DNA of 32,000 nucleotides from Gemmata obscuriglobus (GCF_008065095.1 NZ_CP042911.1:2520001-2552000), one strand, 5' to 3'; positions 14,938 to 23,418 are shown, counted from the stretch's first letter. Notes: generated by a model from the sequence alone, not told the origin. Numbers and translations: made by a program.

Positions 14938-16560
14938 TTAGAAATCGTTCCCGATTACCTCGCCGCCGCTGCGGGTGATGAGCGCCTTGAGCGTTTCCTT
15001 CGACGGCAGTTTCGCGAGCGTGCGCACCGAGCCGTCGCACATCGTCACCTGCGCCGTTCCGTTCACGACCAACCCGAACAGCTTGGTCGGATCCTTCTCG
15101 GGGTCGAACTCCAACTCGTCCGGTTTGGTCCACGGCACCGCGGCCGCGCCGGTCGCGCACAGCACGGTGTTCGAGGTCCCGTCGGCGAAGCCGGTGATCT
15201 GGGTGCCGGTGAGCCAGTCGAACGCGGCCCCGTTGCCGACGAACGCACGGTAATACGTGTCGGTGCCGCCCGCCTTCGTGACCTCAGGGAGGGCGTACAC
15301 CTGGGGCATCTTGGCGAGCAACTTCTTGTTGTTCGGGCCGTCCCACGGCTCGTCCAGCTTGAACTCCTTGTACAGTTTGTCCTGCTCAATGTACGGCAGA
15401 ATGAGGACGCGCCAACTGAGCTGCGGCTTGCCCTTCTTGTCGCACACCGCGGCCGGTGGGAAGTGCCCGTGGGTGTCGTGGTAGTTGTGCAGCGCCAGCC
15501 CGATCTGCTTCAGGTTGTTGGCCGACCGGTTCCTGGCCGCGGCCTGCTGGGCGCCCTTAAAGGCGTCGGTGTACGCGGCCGCCAGTGGCAACCCTTGCAG
15601 CGGCAGGGTGGCTGTCACGCGGGCGTCGGTGCCGTCCCGTTCGAACTTCCCTCTCTTCGCGCTCGCCAGCAGTGCTTTGAGCACCGTTACCCCGTCCTTA
15701 ACTGTTGCGTCTTTTTCGAGCGTGACCAGGCTACGGGTTAACTCCTCGGTGAGGAGGTTGGTGACCGCGGCCAGGGCCTTCTCGGCATCCGCGGCCTGCG
15801 CCGCGCGCGCCGCTTTCACCGTCACCGCGAGGTCGAGCGACTGACCCAGGTCGACGGTGGCGACGACCGCGTCGGAGGCAAAGATCGGCTTGGCGACGCG
15901 GAACGGTCCGGGGAGGTTGTCTTTCCGCAACTCGTCCGGCAGGTTGGCGAAGGTGAGCCCGGCGACCAGGGCGTGCTTGCCGCTCGCCGCGGCCTTGATC
16001 GCGCCGGTGAGCGGCCCCTCTTCGCCGGCGGGTCTCGGCTTCGAGTCTTTGCCGTCGAAGTTTTGAAGGACGAGGGCGGCCTTATCGTTCAGCGCCGACA
16101 CGCTGAACTTCACACCGTTGGGGAGCAGGGCCGGCAACCCGGCTTCGAACTTTTTCTTGTCAAAGGGCTTGGTGAACGTGACGACGAATCCGACCTTTTC
16201 GGAGTCCTGCGGGCCTGTCAAACGTGGCACGAACACGACCACCGACTTGAGGTCGTCCACGCTCATCCCGAACTGCTGGGGCGCGGCCGCTTCGATCGCC
16301 CCGAGTACCCCTTTACGGTCGGCGGTACGGATTCCTTTGACCGCCTCGTGTGACAGCACCCGGGCCGCGTCGACGTACAGGAACAGCGCGGCGTCGTGTG
16401 GGACGTAGGCCAGTTCGGCCGGAAGTGGTGGTGCGGGGACACGCGCGAGGGCCGGTGAGGGCGGCGTCAGCCCGTTTGCGACGACCGCCGCGAGCGCGAC
16501 CACAAGAGCAAGTGCGGCTGTTCGGGCCGCGCTGTGTCGGAACCGGAGCGGCTGGTTCAT
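14938..16560 (-). CDS. Atypical DUF1559 protein, paralog of 12998..14731 (same architecture)
   Basis: Signal is AARTAALALVVALAAVVA. DUF1559 core is AQQAAARNRSANNLKQIGLALHNYHDTHGHFPPAAV...QLSWRVLILPYIEQDKLYKEFKLDEPWDG...FADGTSNTVLCA...MCDGSVRTLA. The N-terminal ~330 aa are colinear with the neighbour, e.g. LPADLALVPADATGFVHV versus LPAELAYVPHDAALFLYV, and LTLAVDLGKDARFDV versus VVATVDLGQSLDLAV. Confidence 0.85.
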   Translation of the reverse strand: MNQPLRFRHSAARTAALALVVALAAVVANGLTPPSPALARVPAPPLPAELAYVPHDAALFLYVDAARVLSHEAVKGIRTADRKGVLGAIEAAAPQQFGMSVDDLKSVVVFVPRLTGPQDSEKVGFVVTFTKPFDKKKFEAGLPALLPNGVKFSVSALNDKAALVLQNFDGKDSKPRPAGEEGPLTGAIKAAASGKHALVAGLTFANLPDELRKDNLPGPFRVAKPIFASDAVVATVDLGQSLDLAVTVKAARAAQAADAEKALAAVTNLLTEELTRSLVTLEKDATVKDGVTVLKALLASAKRGKFERDGTDARVTATLPLQGLPLAAAYTDAFKGAQQAAARNRSANNLKQIGLALHNYHDTHGHFPPAAVCDKKGKPQLSWRVLILPYIEQDKLYKEFKLDEPWDGPNNKKLLAKMPQVYALPEVTKAGGTDTYYRAFVGNGAAFDWLTGTQITGFADGTSNTVLCATGAAAVPWTKPDELEFDPEKDPTKLFGLVVNGTAQVTMCDGSVRTLAKLPSKETLKALITRSGGEVIGNDF

Positions 16561-16984
16561 ACAGGTGCCTCGAAATCGGGTGCGGGCGCGGATACGAGGG
16601 CGGCGGGAGGAATATTGGGGCGGATTTTGCTCGGAAATGCCAACCGCGCCGCCGGCTGCCCGTTACATTCCTCTAGACGCCCCTCCCGGGCAACGATTTC
16701 ACCGGTCGCGCCGCAGGGCGCGACAACCGTTTACGGACACTCAAGTTCGGTTCCGATCTCGTGCCCGCTCTCCGCGCGGCGCGACCGTTCGGAATGTCCG
16801 GGTGGAGGCGACCAAAAAAATCCGGCGGGTCGGCGCAAGTCCGTGCCCCGCGTTGCATTCGTTCCCTAAGCGGATACCGTGGATCGTGAAAAGGTGATCC
16901 GGTTGTCCGCGTGCCTGCCGAAGCCGGCCGGTCGAGCTTGCGAATCAGCGGAAGAACCATCAGCACTTGAGGTGAGGGCTTGTC

Positions 16985-17956
16985 ATGGTTGGAACTCTGA
17001 ATCGGCGGTTGGCCGGACTGGTGCTCGCCCTTGGGGCGGTTTCACTGGTACCCGCGACGGGACTGGTGCAAGCACAGCAACCGGGGCGCGCTCGCCCGGC
17101 GGGCAGTTACTCGTACGTCCCCCGTGGGACGTGGCGCCCGGCTGGTTTCAACAACACGGGTAACATCGCCGGCAACAACGGCGGTGTGAACGGCGTCCAG
17201 GGCGGTCAGATCCAGGGCGGTATTCAAGGCGGTCAGATCCAGGGCGGGATTCAGGGCGGTATTCAGGGCGGGATCGGTGGGATCGGTGGCGTCGGCGGTA
17301 TCCAGGGCGGGATCGGTGGTGGGATTGGCGGTATTCAGGGCGGGATTGGCGGCATTGGTGGGATCGGTGGCGGCATTGGTGGGATCGGTGGCGGCATTGG
17401 CGGTATCGGTGGTGGCATTGGCGGTATCGGTGGTGGTATCGGCGGCATCGGTGGTGGTATCGGCGGCATCGGTGGCGGTATCGGTGGGATCGGCGGCGGT
17501 ATCGGTGGGATCAGCGGTGGCATCGGTGGTAACATCGTTACGTTCCCATCAATCGGGAGCTACCTGGGCGGTGGTGCCGGCGGGATTGGTGGTATCGGTG
17601 GCATCGGCGGCGGTATCGGTGGTATCCAGGGCGGCATCGGCGGGATTGGTGGTGGTATTGGTGGTATCGGTGGCGGTATCGGTGGCATCCAGGGTGGCAT
17701 CGGCGGGATCGGCGGGATCGGCGGCATCCAGGGTGGTATCGGTGGCATCCAGGGCGGGATTGGTGGGATCGGTGGCATCCAGGGCGGTTTCGGCGGTATC
17801 GGTGGCATCCAGGGCGGGATTGGTGGTATCGGTGGCATCCAGGGCGGGATCGGCGGTATCGGTGGCATCCAGGGCGGCTTCGGCGGGATCGGCGGCATCC
17901 AGGGGGGCTTCGGCGGCGGGAAGCAACTTGGGTTCAGCGGCGAAACCGGCTACTAG
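16985..17956 (+). CDS. Secreted Gly/Ile(/Gln) repeat protein, 323 aa
   Basis: GAGGTGAGGG lies before ATG 16985. Signal peptide is MVGTLNRRLAGLVLALGAVSLVPATGLVQAQ. A short normal-composition segment follows, then ~240 aa of GGI/GGIQ repeats in two blocks separated by NIVTFPSIGSYLGG, ending GGGKQLGFSGETGY. A terminator hairpin follows the gene. Confidence 0.7.
   Translation: MVGTLNRRLAGLVLALGAVSLVPATGLVQAQQPGRARPAGSYSYVPRGTWRPAGFNNTGNIAGNNGGVNGVQGGQIQGGIQGGQIQGGIQGGIQGGIGGIGGVGGIQGGIGGGIGGIQGGIGGIGGIGGGIGGIGGGIGGIGGGIGGIGGGIGGIGGGIGGIGGGIGGIGGGIGGISGGIGGNIVTFPSIGSYLGGGAGGIGGIGGIGGGIGGIQGGIGGIGGGIGGIGGGIGGIQGGIGGIGGIGGIQGGIGGIQGGIGGIGGIQGGFGGIGGIQGGIGGIGGIQGGIGGIGGIQGGFGGIGGIQGGFGGGKQLGFSGETGY
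17195..17920 (+). repeat. In-frame coding tandem repeats: 21-bp (GIGGIGG) units in block 1, 30-bp (IQGG[I/F]GGIGG) units in block 2
   Basis: Eight 21-bp units span 17351-17518 and occur as four adjacent identical or near-identical pairs. For example ggcattggtgggatcggtggc occurs twice, then ggcattggcggtatcggtggt twice. Five and a half 30-bp units run from 17747. Units differ mostly at synonymous third positions. Confidence 0.9.
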
Positions 17957-17992
17957 CCGTTTTTTGCTCAGGGTACTAACGAAAATTGAGAT

Positions 17993-18029
17993 CCGGCCCG
18001 TGGCTCTGGTCACGGGCCGGGTCGTTTCT
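17993..18029 (+). terminator. Intrinsic-terminator-like hairpin after the Gly/Ile gene
   Basis: CCGGCCCGTG (17993-18002), loop gctctggt, CACGGGCCGG (18011-18020), followed by gtcgtttct. Confidence 0.6.
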
Positions 18030-18091
18030 GCATCTGTAGTTGGTAGCGTCGCGAATGATTATGTCGTAGGCGGGCGGGGAGGGCGGAGCTG

Positions 18092-18631
18092 GTGACGGAC
18101 GGCGTACTCCCACGGATCGCGGCCGGTGACCCGGCCGCCGTTTCGGACTGTATCGCTCGCTACGGCGGGCTGGTCTGGTCCCTGGCGCGCCGGTTCCTCG
18201 GTAGCCCGAGTGACGCGGAAGATGCCGTGCAGGACGTGTTCATCGAACTGTGGAAGAACGCGGGCCGGTACGATCCGGACCGCGCGTCTGAGCCCACTTA
18301 TGTGACCATGATCGCCCGCCGCCGGCTCATCGACCGCAAGCGCCGGGCCGCCCGTGTGCCCGGCGCGCAACCGTTCGCTGAAGAGCCGCCCGCGGGAGAA
18401 CCACCAGTTGCACGGGTCGAGATCGAGGACGAGGCCGCTCAAGCCACTGCGGCACTCGCCGAGTTGCGCGACGAGGAGCGGCGCGTGATCCGGCTGGCCA
18501 TCTACGACGGGTTGACGCACGAGGAGATCGCGGCCGCCACCGGGTTGCCGGTCGGCACGGTGAAGACGCACATCCGCCGCGGGTTGATTCGCGTCCGTGA
18601 GCGCCTGGCCCAGAAGGGAGGCGGCGCGTGA
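18092..18631 (+). CDS. ECF-type RNA polymerase sigma factor
   Basis: GTG start with GGGGAGGG upstream. Region 2 reads DAEDAVQDVFIELWKNAGRYDPDRASEPTYVTMIARRRLIDRKR. Region 4 reads EERRVIRLAIYDGLTHEEIAAATGLPVGTVKTHIRRGLIRVRERL. Confidence 0.9.
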   Translation: MTDGVLPRIAAGDPAAVSDCIARYGGLVWSLARRFLGSPSDAEDAVQDVFIELWKNAGRYDPDRASEPTYVTMIARRRLIDRKRRAARVPGAQPFAEEPPAGEPPVARVEIEDEAAQATAALAELRDEERRVIRLAIYDGLTHEEIAAATGLPVGTVKTHIRRGLIRVRERLAQKGGGA

Positions 18632-19356
18632 GCTTCAAACATGACCGGCTGGACGAGCTGTTGGCCATTGAGGCGACGCAGGGGCTTTCTCCCGCCGAAG
18701 CGACCGAACTAGAATCGCTGCTCGCACAGTTCCCCGCCGACGAACCCGACAGTTTGGAGCTGGCCGCGGCGGCCGTTCACCTCGCCCTCATCGGGCCGCT
18801 GGAGCCGCTCCCGGTGGGCCTCGCGGAGCGGCTCGAGCTGACCGCGGTGGCGATGCCCCCCGTGCCCGTCCGCCCCGCAAGGCCGCGGCCCTCCCGCGCG
18901 TGGGCTGCGTGGTCGGGGTGGGCGGTGGCGGCCTCGCTGGCGTGCGTTATGGCGTTCGTGCTGTGGCCCAAGAAGGAGCCGACGCTGGCCGAACTGCGCG
19001 ACCGGTTGCGCCCGCAAGCGGTCGCGTTCGCCGCGGCGGACAAGCCGGGGCCGTCCGGCGAAGTGGTCTGGAGCGCCGCCCGCCAGGAAGGGTACTTGGA
19101 GGTGAGCGGGTTGCCCCCGCTGGACCCGTCGAAGGAGCAGTACCAGCTCTGGATCGTGGACGCCGGCCGCGCGGACAAGGAGCCGGTGGACGGCGGCGTG
19201 TTCGACGTCCGCCCCGACGGGACCGCGCTCGTGCGGGTGCGTGCCCCGATCGCGGTGCGCGCCGCCGCCGCGTTCGCGGTGACCAAAGAGGTCGCGGGCG
19301 GGGTGGTCGTGAGCCGGGCGAAGCACGAACTCGTTCTCACGCCCAAGAAAAGCTGA
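18628..19356 (+). CDS. Anti-sigma factor, RskA-like (anti-sigma-K C-terminal domain type)
   Basis: The GTG start overlaps the sigma stop (GTGA), with AAGGGAGG upstream. There is one TM ([23 protein letters not shown]). The C-terminus is [58 protein letters not shown], as in RskA-type extracytoplasmic domains. No HxxxCxxC motif is present. Confidence 0.8.
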   Translation: MSFKHDRLDELLAIEATQGLSPAEATELESLLAQFPADEPDSLELAAAAVHLALIGPLEPLPVGLAERLELTAVAMPPVPVRPARPRPSRAWAAWSGWAVAASLACVMAFVLWPKKEPTLAELRDRLRPQAVAFAAADKPGPSGEVVWSAARQEGYLEVSGLPPLDPSKEQYQLWIVDAGRADKEPVDGGVFDVRPDGTALVRVRAPIAVRAAAAFAVTKEVAGGVVVSRAKHELVLTPKKS

Positions 19357-19373
19357 CGGGCGCGCGGCACGCA

Positions 19374-19408
19374 CCCGCCTTCTGCCTTTGATCCCGGCAG
19401 GCGGCGGG
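19374..19408 (+). terminator. Imperfect hairpin after the sigma/anti-sigma operon
   Basis: CCCGCCTTCTGCC (19374-19386) pairs with GGCAGGCGGCGGG (19396-19408) as a 13-bp stem with one mismatch and one G-U. It lies 18 nt after stop 19356. Confidence 0.4.
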
Positions 19409-19450
19409 CGGCCGCTTTCACTTCTGTCGACGCGTGTTGCCCCGGGCTCC

Positions 19451-19489
19451 TATAATCCCAGACCACACCTTTTTTTCGCGCACGTGCGC
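19451..19489 (+). promoter_or_regulatory. Candidate guaB promoter -10 box (TATAAT 19451-19456) and 12-bp palindrome GCGCACGTGCGC (19478-19489)
   Basis: A perfect TATAAT is rare in this GC-rich sequence and lies 46 nt upstream of the guaB ATG. The palindrome lies between it and the GGAG ribosome-binding site. No convincing -35 was found. Confidence 0.3.
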
Positions 19490-19501
19490 CACGGAGCCGC
19501 T

Positions 19502-20983
19502 ATGCAGGACCGCATCGCGTACCAGGGTATTACCTTCGATGATGTGCTGCTGGAACCGGGCTACAGCGACTTTATCCCCAAAGACACCGACGTGCGCACC
19601 CAGCTCACGCGGAACGTGCGGATCAACATCCCCATCCTCTCCAGCCCGATGGACACGGTCACGGAGAGCGAGCTGGCCATCGCGCTGGCGCAGGAGGGCG
19701 GCATCGGGATCATCCACAAGAACCTGAGCGCCGCCGCGCAGACGCGCGAGGTGGACAAGGTGAAGCGGAGCGAGAACGGGATCATCACCGACCCGCAGAC
19801 GCTCCCGCCGGACGACACCGTGGGGCACGCGCGCAAGCTGATGGAGGAGCACCACATCAGCGGCGTGCCCATCACCGTGAACGGGGTCCTCAAGGGCATC
19901 CTCACCCGCCGCGACCTCAAGTTCCTCGACGACAACGAGCAGAAGCTCGAAGAGGTGATGACCAAGAAGAACCTCGTGACCGCCCCCGAGAACACGACGC
20001 TCGACGCGGCCGAGAAGATCCTGACGAAAAATAAGGTGGAGAAATTGCTCCTGGTTGACGATCAATTCAGACTGAAGGGGTTGATCACGATCAAGGACAT
20101 CGACAAAACGCAAAAGTTCCCGCACGCGGCTAAAGACGCTCGCGGGCGACTGATGGTCGGGGCGGCGATCGGGGTGTGGGACTTCGAGCGGGCCGCGTCG
20201 CTGATCGAGGCGGGAGTCGATGTGCTGGTGGTGGATTCGGCCCACGGGCACAGCCTGAACGTCATTGAGACGGTGCGGGAGCTGAAGAAGCGGCACAGCA
20301 TTGATGTGATCGCGGGGAACGTGGCGACCGTGGACGGCGCGCGGGCCCTGGTGGACGCCGGGGCCGACGCCGTAAAAGTCGGCATCGGGCCGGGTAGCAT
20401 TTGCACCACCCGGGTCGTGTCCGGCGTCGGCGTGCCGCAGATGTCGGCCATCGCCAACGCGGTGAAAGGGCTCGCGGGAACCGGGGTACCGATCATCGCC
20501 GACGGCGGCGTCCGGTACAGCGGCGACATCACCAAGGCGCTGGCGGCCGGAGCGTATTCGGTCATGATCGGCGGGCTGTTCGCCGGCCTGGCCGAGAGCC
20601 CGGGGCAACTGATTCTGTTCCGCGGTCGCTCGTTCAAGCAGTACCGCGGGATGGGGTCGATGGGCGCGATGATGGCCGGCAGCGCGGACCGCTACCAACA
20701 GGGCGGGGCGCAGTCGGCGAACGGGAAACTGGTGCCCGAGGGGGTCGAGGGGCGGGTCCCATTTAAGGGACACCTCTCGCCGTTCGTGTACCAACTGGTC
20801 GGCGGCGTGCGTGCCGGAATGGGGTACTGCGGCTGCAAGACGCTGGACGAGTTGCGGACCAAGGCCCGGTTCATTCAGGTGACCGCGGCGAGTGTGCAGG
20901 AGAGCCACCCGCATGACATTGCTATCACGCAGGAAGCGCCGAATTACAGTTCGGTCGATCACGCCGGGGACGCGGGCGGCTAA
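19502..20983 (+). CDS. guaB: Inosine-5'-monophosphate dehydrogenase
   Basis: From ATG 19502 it reads [24 protein letters not shown]...[11 protein letters not shown]...[13 protein letters not shown] pair follows, then [11 protein letters not shown], the catalytic loop [16 protein letters not shown], and [20 protein letters not shown]. The upstream 38 codons of the track ORF (19388) are non-conserved and overlap the promoter region. Confidence 0.95.
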   Translation: MQDRIAYQGITFDDVLLEPGYSDFIPKDTDVRTQLTRNVRINIPILSSPMDTVTESELAIALAQEGGIGIIHKNLSAAAQTREVDKVKRSENGIITDPQTLPPDDTVGHARKLMEEHHISGVPITVNGVLKGILTRRDLKFLDDNEQKLEEVMTKKNLVTAPENTTLDAAEKILTKNKVEKLLLVDDQFRLKGLITIKDIDKTQKFPHAAKDARGRLMVGAAIGVWDFERAASLIEAGVDVLVVDSAHGHSLNVIETVRELKKRHSIDVIAGNVATVDGARALVDAGADAVKVGIGPGSICTTRVVSGVGVPQMSAIANAVKGLAGTGVPIIADGGVRYSGDITKALAAGAYSVMIGGLFAGLAESPGQLILFRGRSFKQYRGMGSMGAMMAGSADRYQQGGAQSANGKLVPEGVEGRVPFKGHLSPFVYQLVGGVRAGMGYCGCKTLDELRTKARFIQVTAASVQESHPHDIAITQEAPNYSSVDHAGDAGG

Positions 20984-22142
20984 GGCCGCGCTGCTCCTCG
21001 CACTCATGGCCGCGCCGGCCCTCGCGCAGCCGCCCGCACCCATCCCGGGGGGCAACCTCGTGCCCGGGGCGGGCGGAGCGGGCGCCGCACCGCCGAACAA
21101 CGTTCTGCCCAACGGGCTGGCGCTGCCGCCGGGCTACCGCCCGCGGACGCCGCCGGCCCAGGCTCAGGCGGCGCAGCCGTCGCGGCCGGCCCCGCAACCC
21201 ACTTCGGGCGCGGCTCCGGGTTCCTCCGGAACCATGATGTACTTCCACAAGCCGGCCGACGCGCTGACCGCGACCGGCGGCGGGCTCCCGGCGACCGCCG
21301 GCGACGGCGTCGCACAACTGGGCGGCCGCGAGTCGCCGGTGGCGCTCCCGGTGCCCGACGCCGCCCCCGTCCGCCCGGTGCTGCCGCCGGTCACCGTGGC
21401 CCCGGTGGCAACGGTCCCCGCGCCGGCCGCGTTCGGCGCCCAGCCGGCGGCCCAGCCGCCCATGCAAAAGGCGTCGGCCGGTGACTCGAACGCGTTGCCG
21501 AAACAAGATTTCAAAAACAGAGTGGTCGAGGTGGACCCGAAGGAGATCCAGTTGCCGTCGCGCGACAAGATCTTCGGGGTCTCGTACAACGACGCCGAAC
21601 TCCGGCAGGCGATCGTGGAGGCCGCGTTTAAAGACCGGCTGCGGCTCCTGGAGAAGTCGCTCAAGGACGACGCGGCCGCCGGGAAACCCACGGCCGGCAC
21701 CGAGGAACTGATCCGCAACTTGCGCGCGGTCAAGGACCCCCGCACGCTGCCCGAGTTCGAGTTCCCGGCGCTGCCGGTGGTCAGCCCGGCGGGCGTCGCG
21801 TACCAGCCGAAAACGCTCGCGTACCCGGCCAGCAAGCTCACCATCGAGCCGCTGTACGTGGTCCACCGCCGGCTCCACTTCGAGCAGCGGAACTTCGAGC
21901 GCGCCGGCTGGGACCTGGGGCCGATGACGACGCTCGTGTCGGCCGGGAAGTTCTACCGCGACGTGCTGCTGTGGCCGGCCGGGCTGGTGTCCGGTTGCAC
22001 CTACGGGTTTTGGGACACCAACGCCGGCAAGTGTCTGCCCGGGAGCCCGACTCCGCTGTACCTGTACCCGCCGAACTTGACCTGTGGCGGCATCATGGCC
22101 GAGGCCGGCTTGGTCACCGGGTTCGCGTTCCTGTTCCCGTAA
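20913..22142 (+). CDS. Conserved-looking hypothetical protein: signal-like N-terminus, Pro/Ala-rich linker, globular C-terminal domain ending in a hydrophobic tail
   Basis: ATG 20913 (track GTG 20892) gives [41 protein letters not shown]. This overlaps the guaB 3' end by 71 nt. The alternative start ATG 21006 lacks a signal. The C-terminal part ([24 protein letters not shown]...[11 protein letters not shown]...[18 protein letters not shown]) has normal composition and high GC3. Confidence 0.7.
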   Translation: MTLLSRRKRRITVRSITPGTRAAKAALLLALMAAPALAQPPAPIPGGNLVPGAGGAGAAPPNNVLPNGLALPPGYRPRTPPAQAQAAQPSRPAPQPTSGAAPGSSGTMMYFHKPADALTATGGGLPATAGDGVAQLGGRESPVALPVPDAAPVRPVLPPVTVAPVATVPAPAAFGAQPAAQPPMQKASAGDSNALPKQDFKNRVVEVDPKEIQLPSRDKIFGVSYNDAELRQAIVEAAFKDRLRLLEKSLKDDAAAGKPTAGTEELIRNLRAVKDPRTLPEFEFPALPVVSPAGVAYQPKTLAYPASKLTIEPLYVVHRRLHFEQRNFERAGWDLGPMTTLVSAGKFYRDVLLWPAGLVSGCTYGFWDTNAGKCLPGSPTPLYLYPPNLTCGGIMAEAGLVTGFAFLFP

Positions 22143-22155
22143 GAGCACGGCAAAA

Positions 22156-22239
22156 GTCAAAAGGTGAAGGGCGGAAGTGGTAGAATCGAACGGTGGGAAA
22201 CCGCTTCGGTTCTACCGCTTCCGCCCTTCACCTTTTGAC
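22156..22239 (+). repeat. Long hairpin: 35-bp stem (33 Watson-Crick plus 2 G-U on the + transcript) extended by 4 bp, 5-nt loop
   Basis: Left arm GTCAAAAGGTGAAGGGCGGAAGTGGTAGAATCGAA (22156-22190) pairs with right arm TTCGGTTCTACCGCTTCCGCCCTTCACCTTTTGAC (22205-22239). The only non-WC positions are T22178/G22217 and T22186/G22209. The inner pairing is cggt/accg around loop gggaa. Confidence 0.9.
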
Positions 22240-23418
22240 AGCACTGTTGCCTTGAACGATCCCTGGTTGGACCCTCGCACGGCGTACGTTCACGTCCCGT
22301 TCTGCGCGCACCACTGCGGGTACTGCGATTTTGCGGTGACGGCGGGGCAGGACCACCTCATCGAACTGTACCTCGAAGCGGTCGGCGCCGAACTCGCGGG
22401 GCTGCGCGAGCCGCGCCCGGTCGAGAGCCTGTTCATCGGCGGCGGCACCCCAACGCACCTCTCGGCCGATCAGTTGCGGCGGCTGATCGAAACGGTGACG
22501 CGGTGGCTGCCGCCGGGCCGCGGCGCGGGGCGGGAGTTTTCGATCGAAGCGAACCCCGATTCGCTGACCGAGGAGAAGACCGCGGTGATGGCCGCGCTCG
22601 GTGTGAACCGGGTCAGCGTCGGGGTGCAGTCGTTCCGCCCCGAATCGCTCGCGGCGCTCGACCGCCGGCACGCCCCGGAGCACATCGGGCGGGCCGTGGA
22701 CGCGGTTCGGAAGCACATTCCCGTCGTGTCGTTCGACCTGATCTTCGGGGCGCCGGGTTCGACGATCGAGGGCTGGCGCGCGGACCTCGACGCGGCGCTG
22801 GCGTTCGACCCGCAGCACGTTTCGACCTACGGGCTGACCTACGAGAAGGGCACGCCGCTCTGGAAGCGCCAGACGCGCGGGCTGGTCGAGGCCGTGCCCG
22901 AGGACACCGAACTGGCGATGTACGAGCACGCGATGGACCGGCTCGCGGCGGCCGGGTTCGAGCACTACGAGATCTCGAACTTCGCCCGGCCCGGGTACCG
23001 GTGCCGGCACAACGAGCGGTACTGGGCCAACGACGCCTACTATGGGTTCGGGGTGGGTGCGGCGCGGTACGTGAACGGCAGCCGCGAGCTGAACGTGCGC
23101 GACACGAAGCTCTACATCCGCAAGGCGCTCGGGGGCGAGGATGTGACGTTCCAACGCGAGACGCTGGAACCGCGGGCGCGGGCGTTCGAGACGCTCGCGA
23201 CGCAGTTGCGCCGGGCCGACGGCATCGATCGGGTACCGTTCCGCGCACAGACCGGCTTCGACCTGGACGCGCTGGCGCCGGTGGCACTGGCGCTCTTCCG
23301 CGACCACGGCATCGTTACCGACGACGGACACCGCGTACGATTAACGCGCCGCGGCAAGTGCGTGGCAGATGCGGCTGTCGCCGAACTGTTGAAGGAATCC
23401 GATGGTCTGGTGGATTAA
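22177..23418 (+). CDS. hemW: Radical SAM HemN-like protein (heme chaperone HemW / oxygen-independent coproporphyrinogen oxidase-like)
   Basis: AYVHVPFCAHHCGYCDFAV carries the CxxxCxxC radical-SAM motif, with LFIGGGTPTHL and HemN-like size. The start is uncertain. GTG 22177 lies inside the hairpin's left arm, and the in-frame alternatives TTG 22252 and TTG 22267 lie just after it. Confidence 0.9.
   Translation: MVESNGGKPLRFYRFRPSPFDSTVALNDPWLDPRTAYVHVPFCAHHCGYCDFAVTAGQDHLIELYLEAVGAELAGLREPRPVESLFIGGGTPTHLSADQLRRLIETVTRWLPPGRGAGREFSIEANPDSLTEEKTAVMAALGVNRVSVGVQSFRPESLAALDRRHAPEHIGRAVDAVRKHIPVVSFDLIFGAPGSTIEGWRADLDAALAFDPQHVSTYGLTYEKGTPLWKRQTRGLVEAVPEDTELAMYEHAMDRLAAAGFEHYEISNFARPGYRCRHNERYWANDAYYGFGVGAARYVNGSRELNVRDTKLYIRKALGGEDVTFQRETLEPRARAFETLATQLRRADGIDRVPFRAQTGFDLDALAPVALALFRDHGIVTDDGHRVRLTRRGKCVADAAVAELLKESDGLVD

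Noticed and set aside
12755-15741. Plus-strand ORFs 12755..14665 (636 aa) and 14791..15741 (316 aa)
   Set aside because: They are antisense shadows of the two DUF1559 paralogs, with R/G/V/L/D-rich text and no motifs.
17195-17920. Possible CRISPR array or satellite, because of the dense short repeats
   Set aside because: The units are 21 and 30 bp, contiguous with no unique spacers, in frame, and inside an ORF. This is a coding tandem repeat.
17277-18095. Alternative frames through the Gly/Ile repeat (plus 17277..18095, Ala/Ser/Val-rich; minus 17335..17535 and 17560..17898, Pro/Ile/Met-rich)
   Set aside because: Only the 16985 frame has a ribosome-binding site, an ATG, a signal peptide and non-repeat flanks. 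It also stays open through the non-repetitive spacer. The others exist only because the repeat lacks stops in several frames.
19388-19501. Extended guaB start at 19388 from the ORF track
   Set aside because: The extra 38 codons are not IMPDH-like and overlap the terminator hairpin and the TATAAT box. ATG 19502 has a GGAG ribosome-binding site and gives the conserved N-terminus.
19418-23331. Minus-strand ORFs 19418..21112 (564 aa), 20925..22160 (411 aa) and 22228..23331 (367 aa)
   Set aside because: They lie opposite guaB, the Pro-rich hypothetical and hemW, all of which have clear motifs or composition. They are shadow ORFs.
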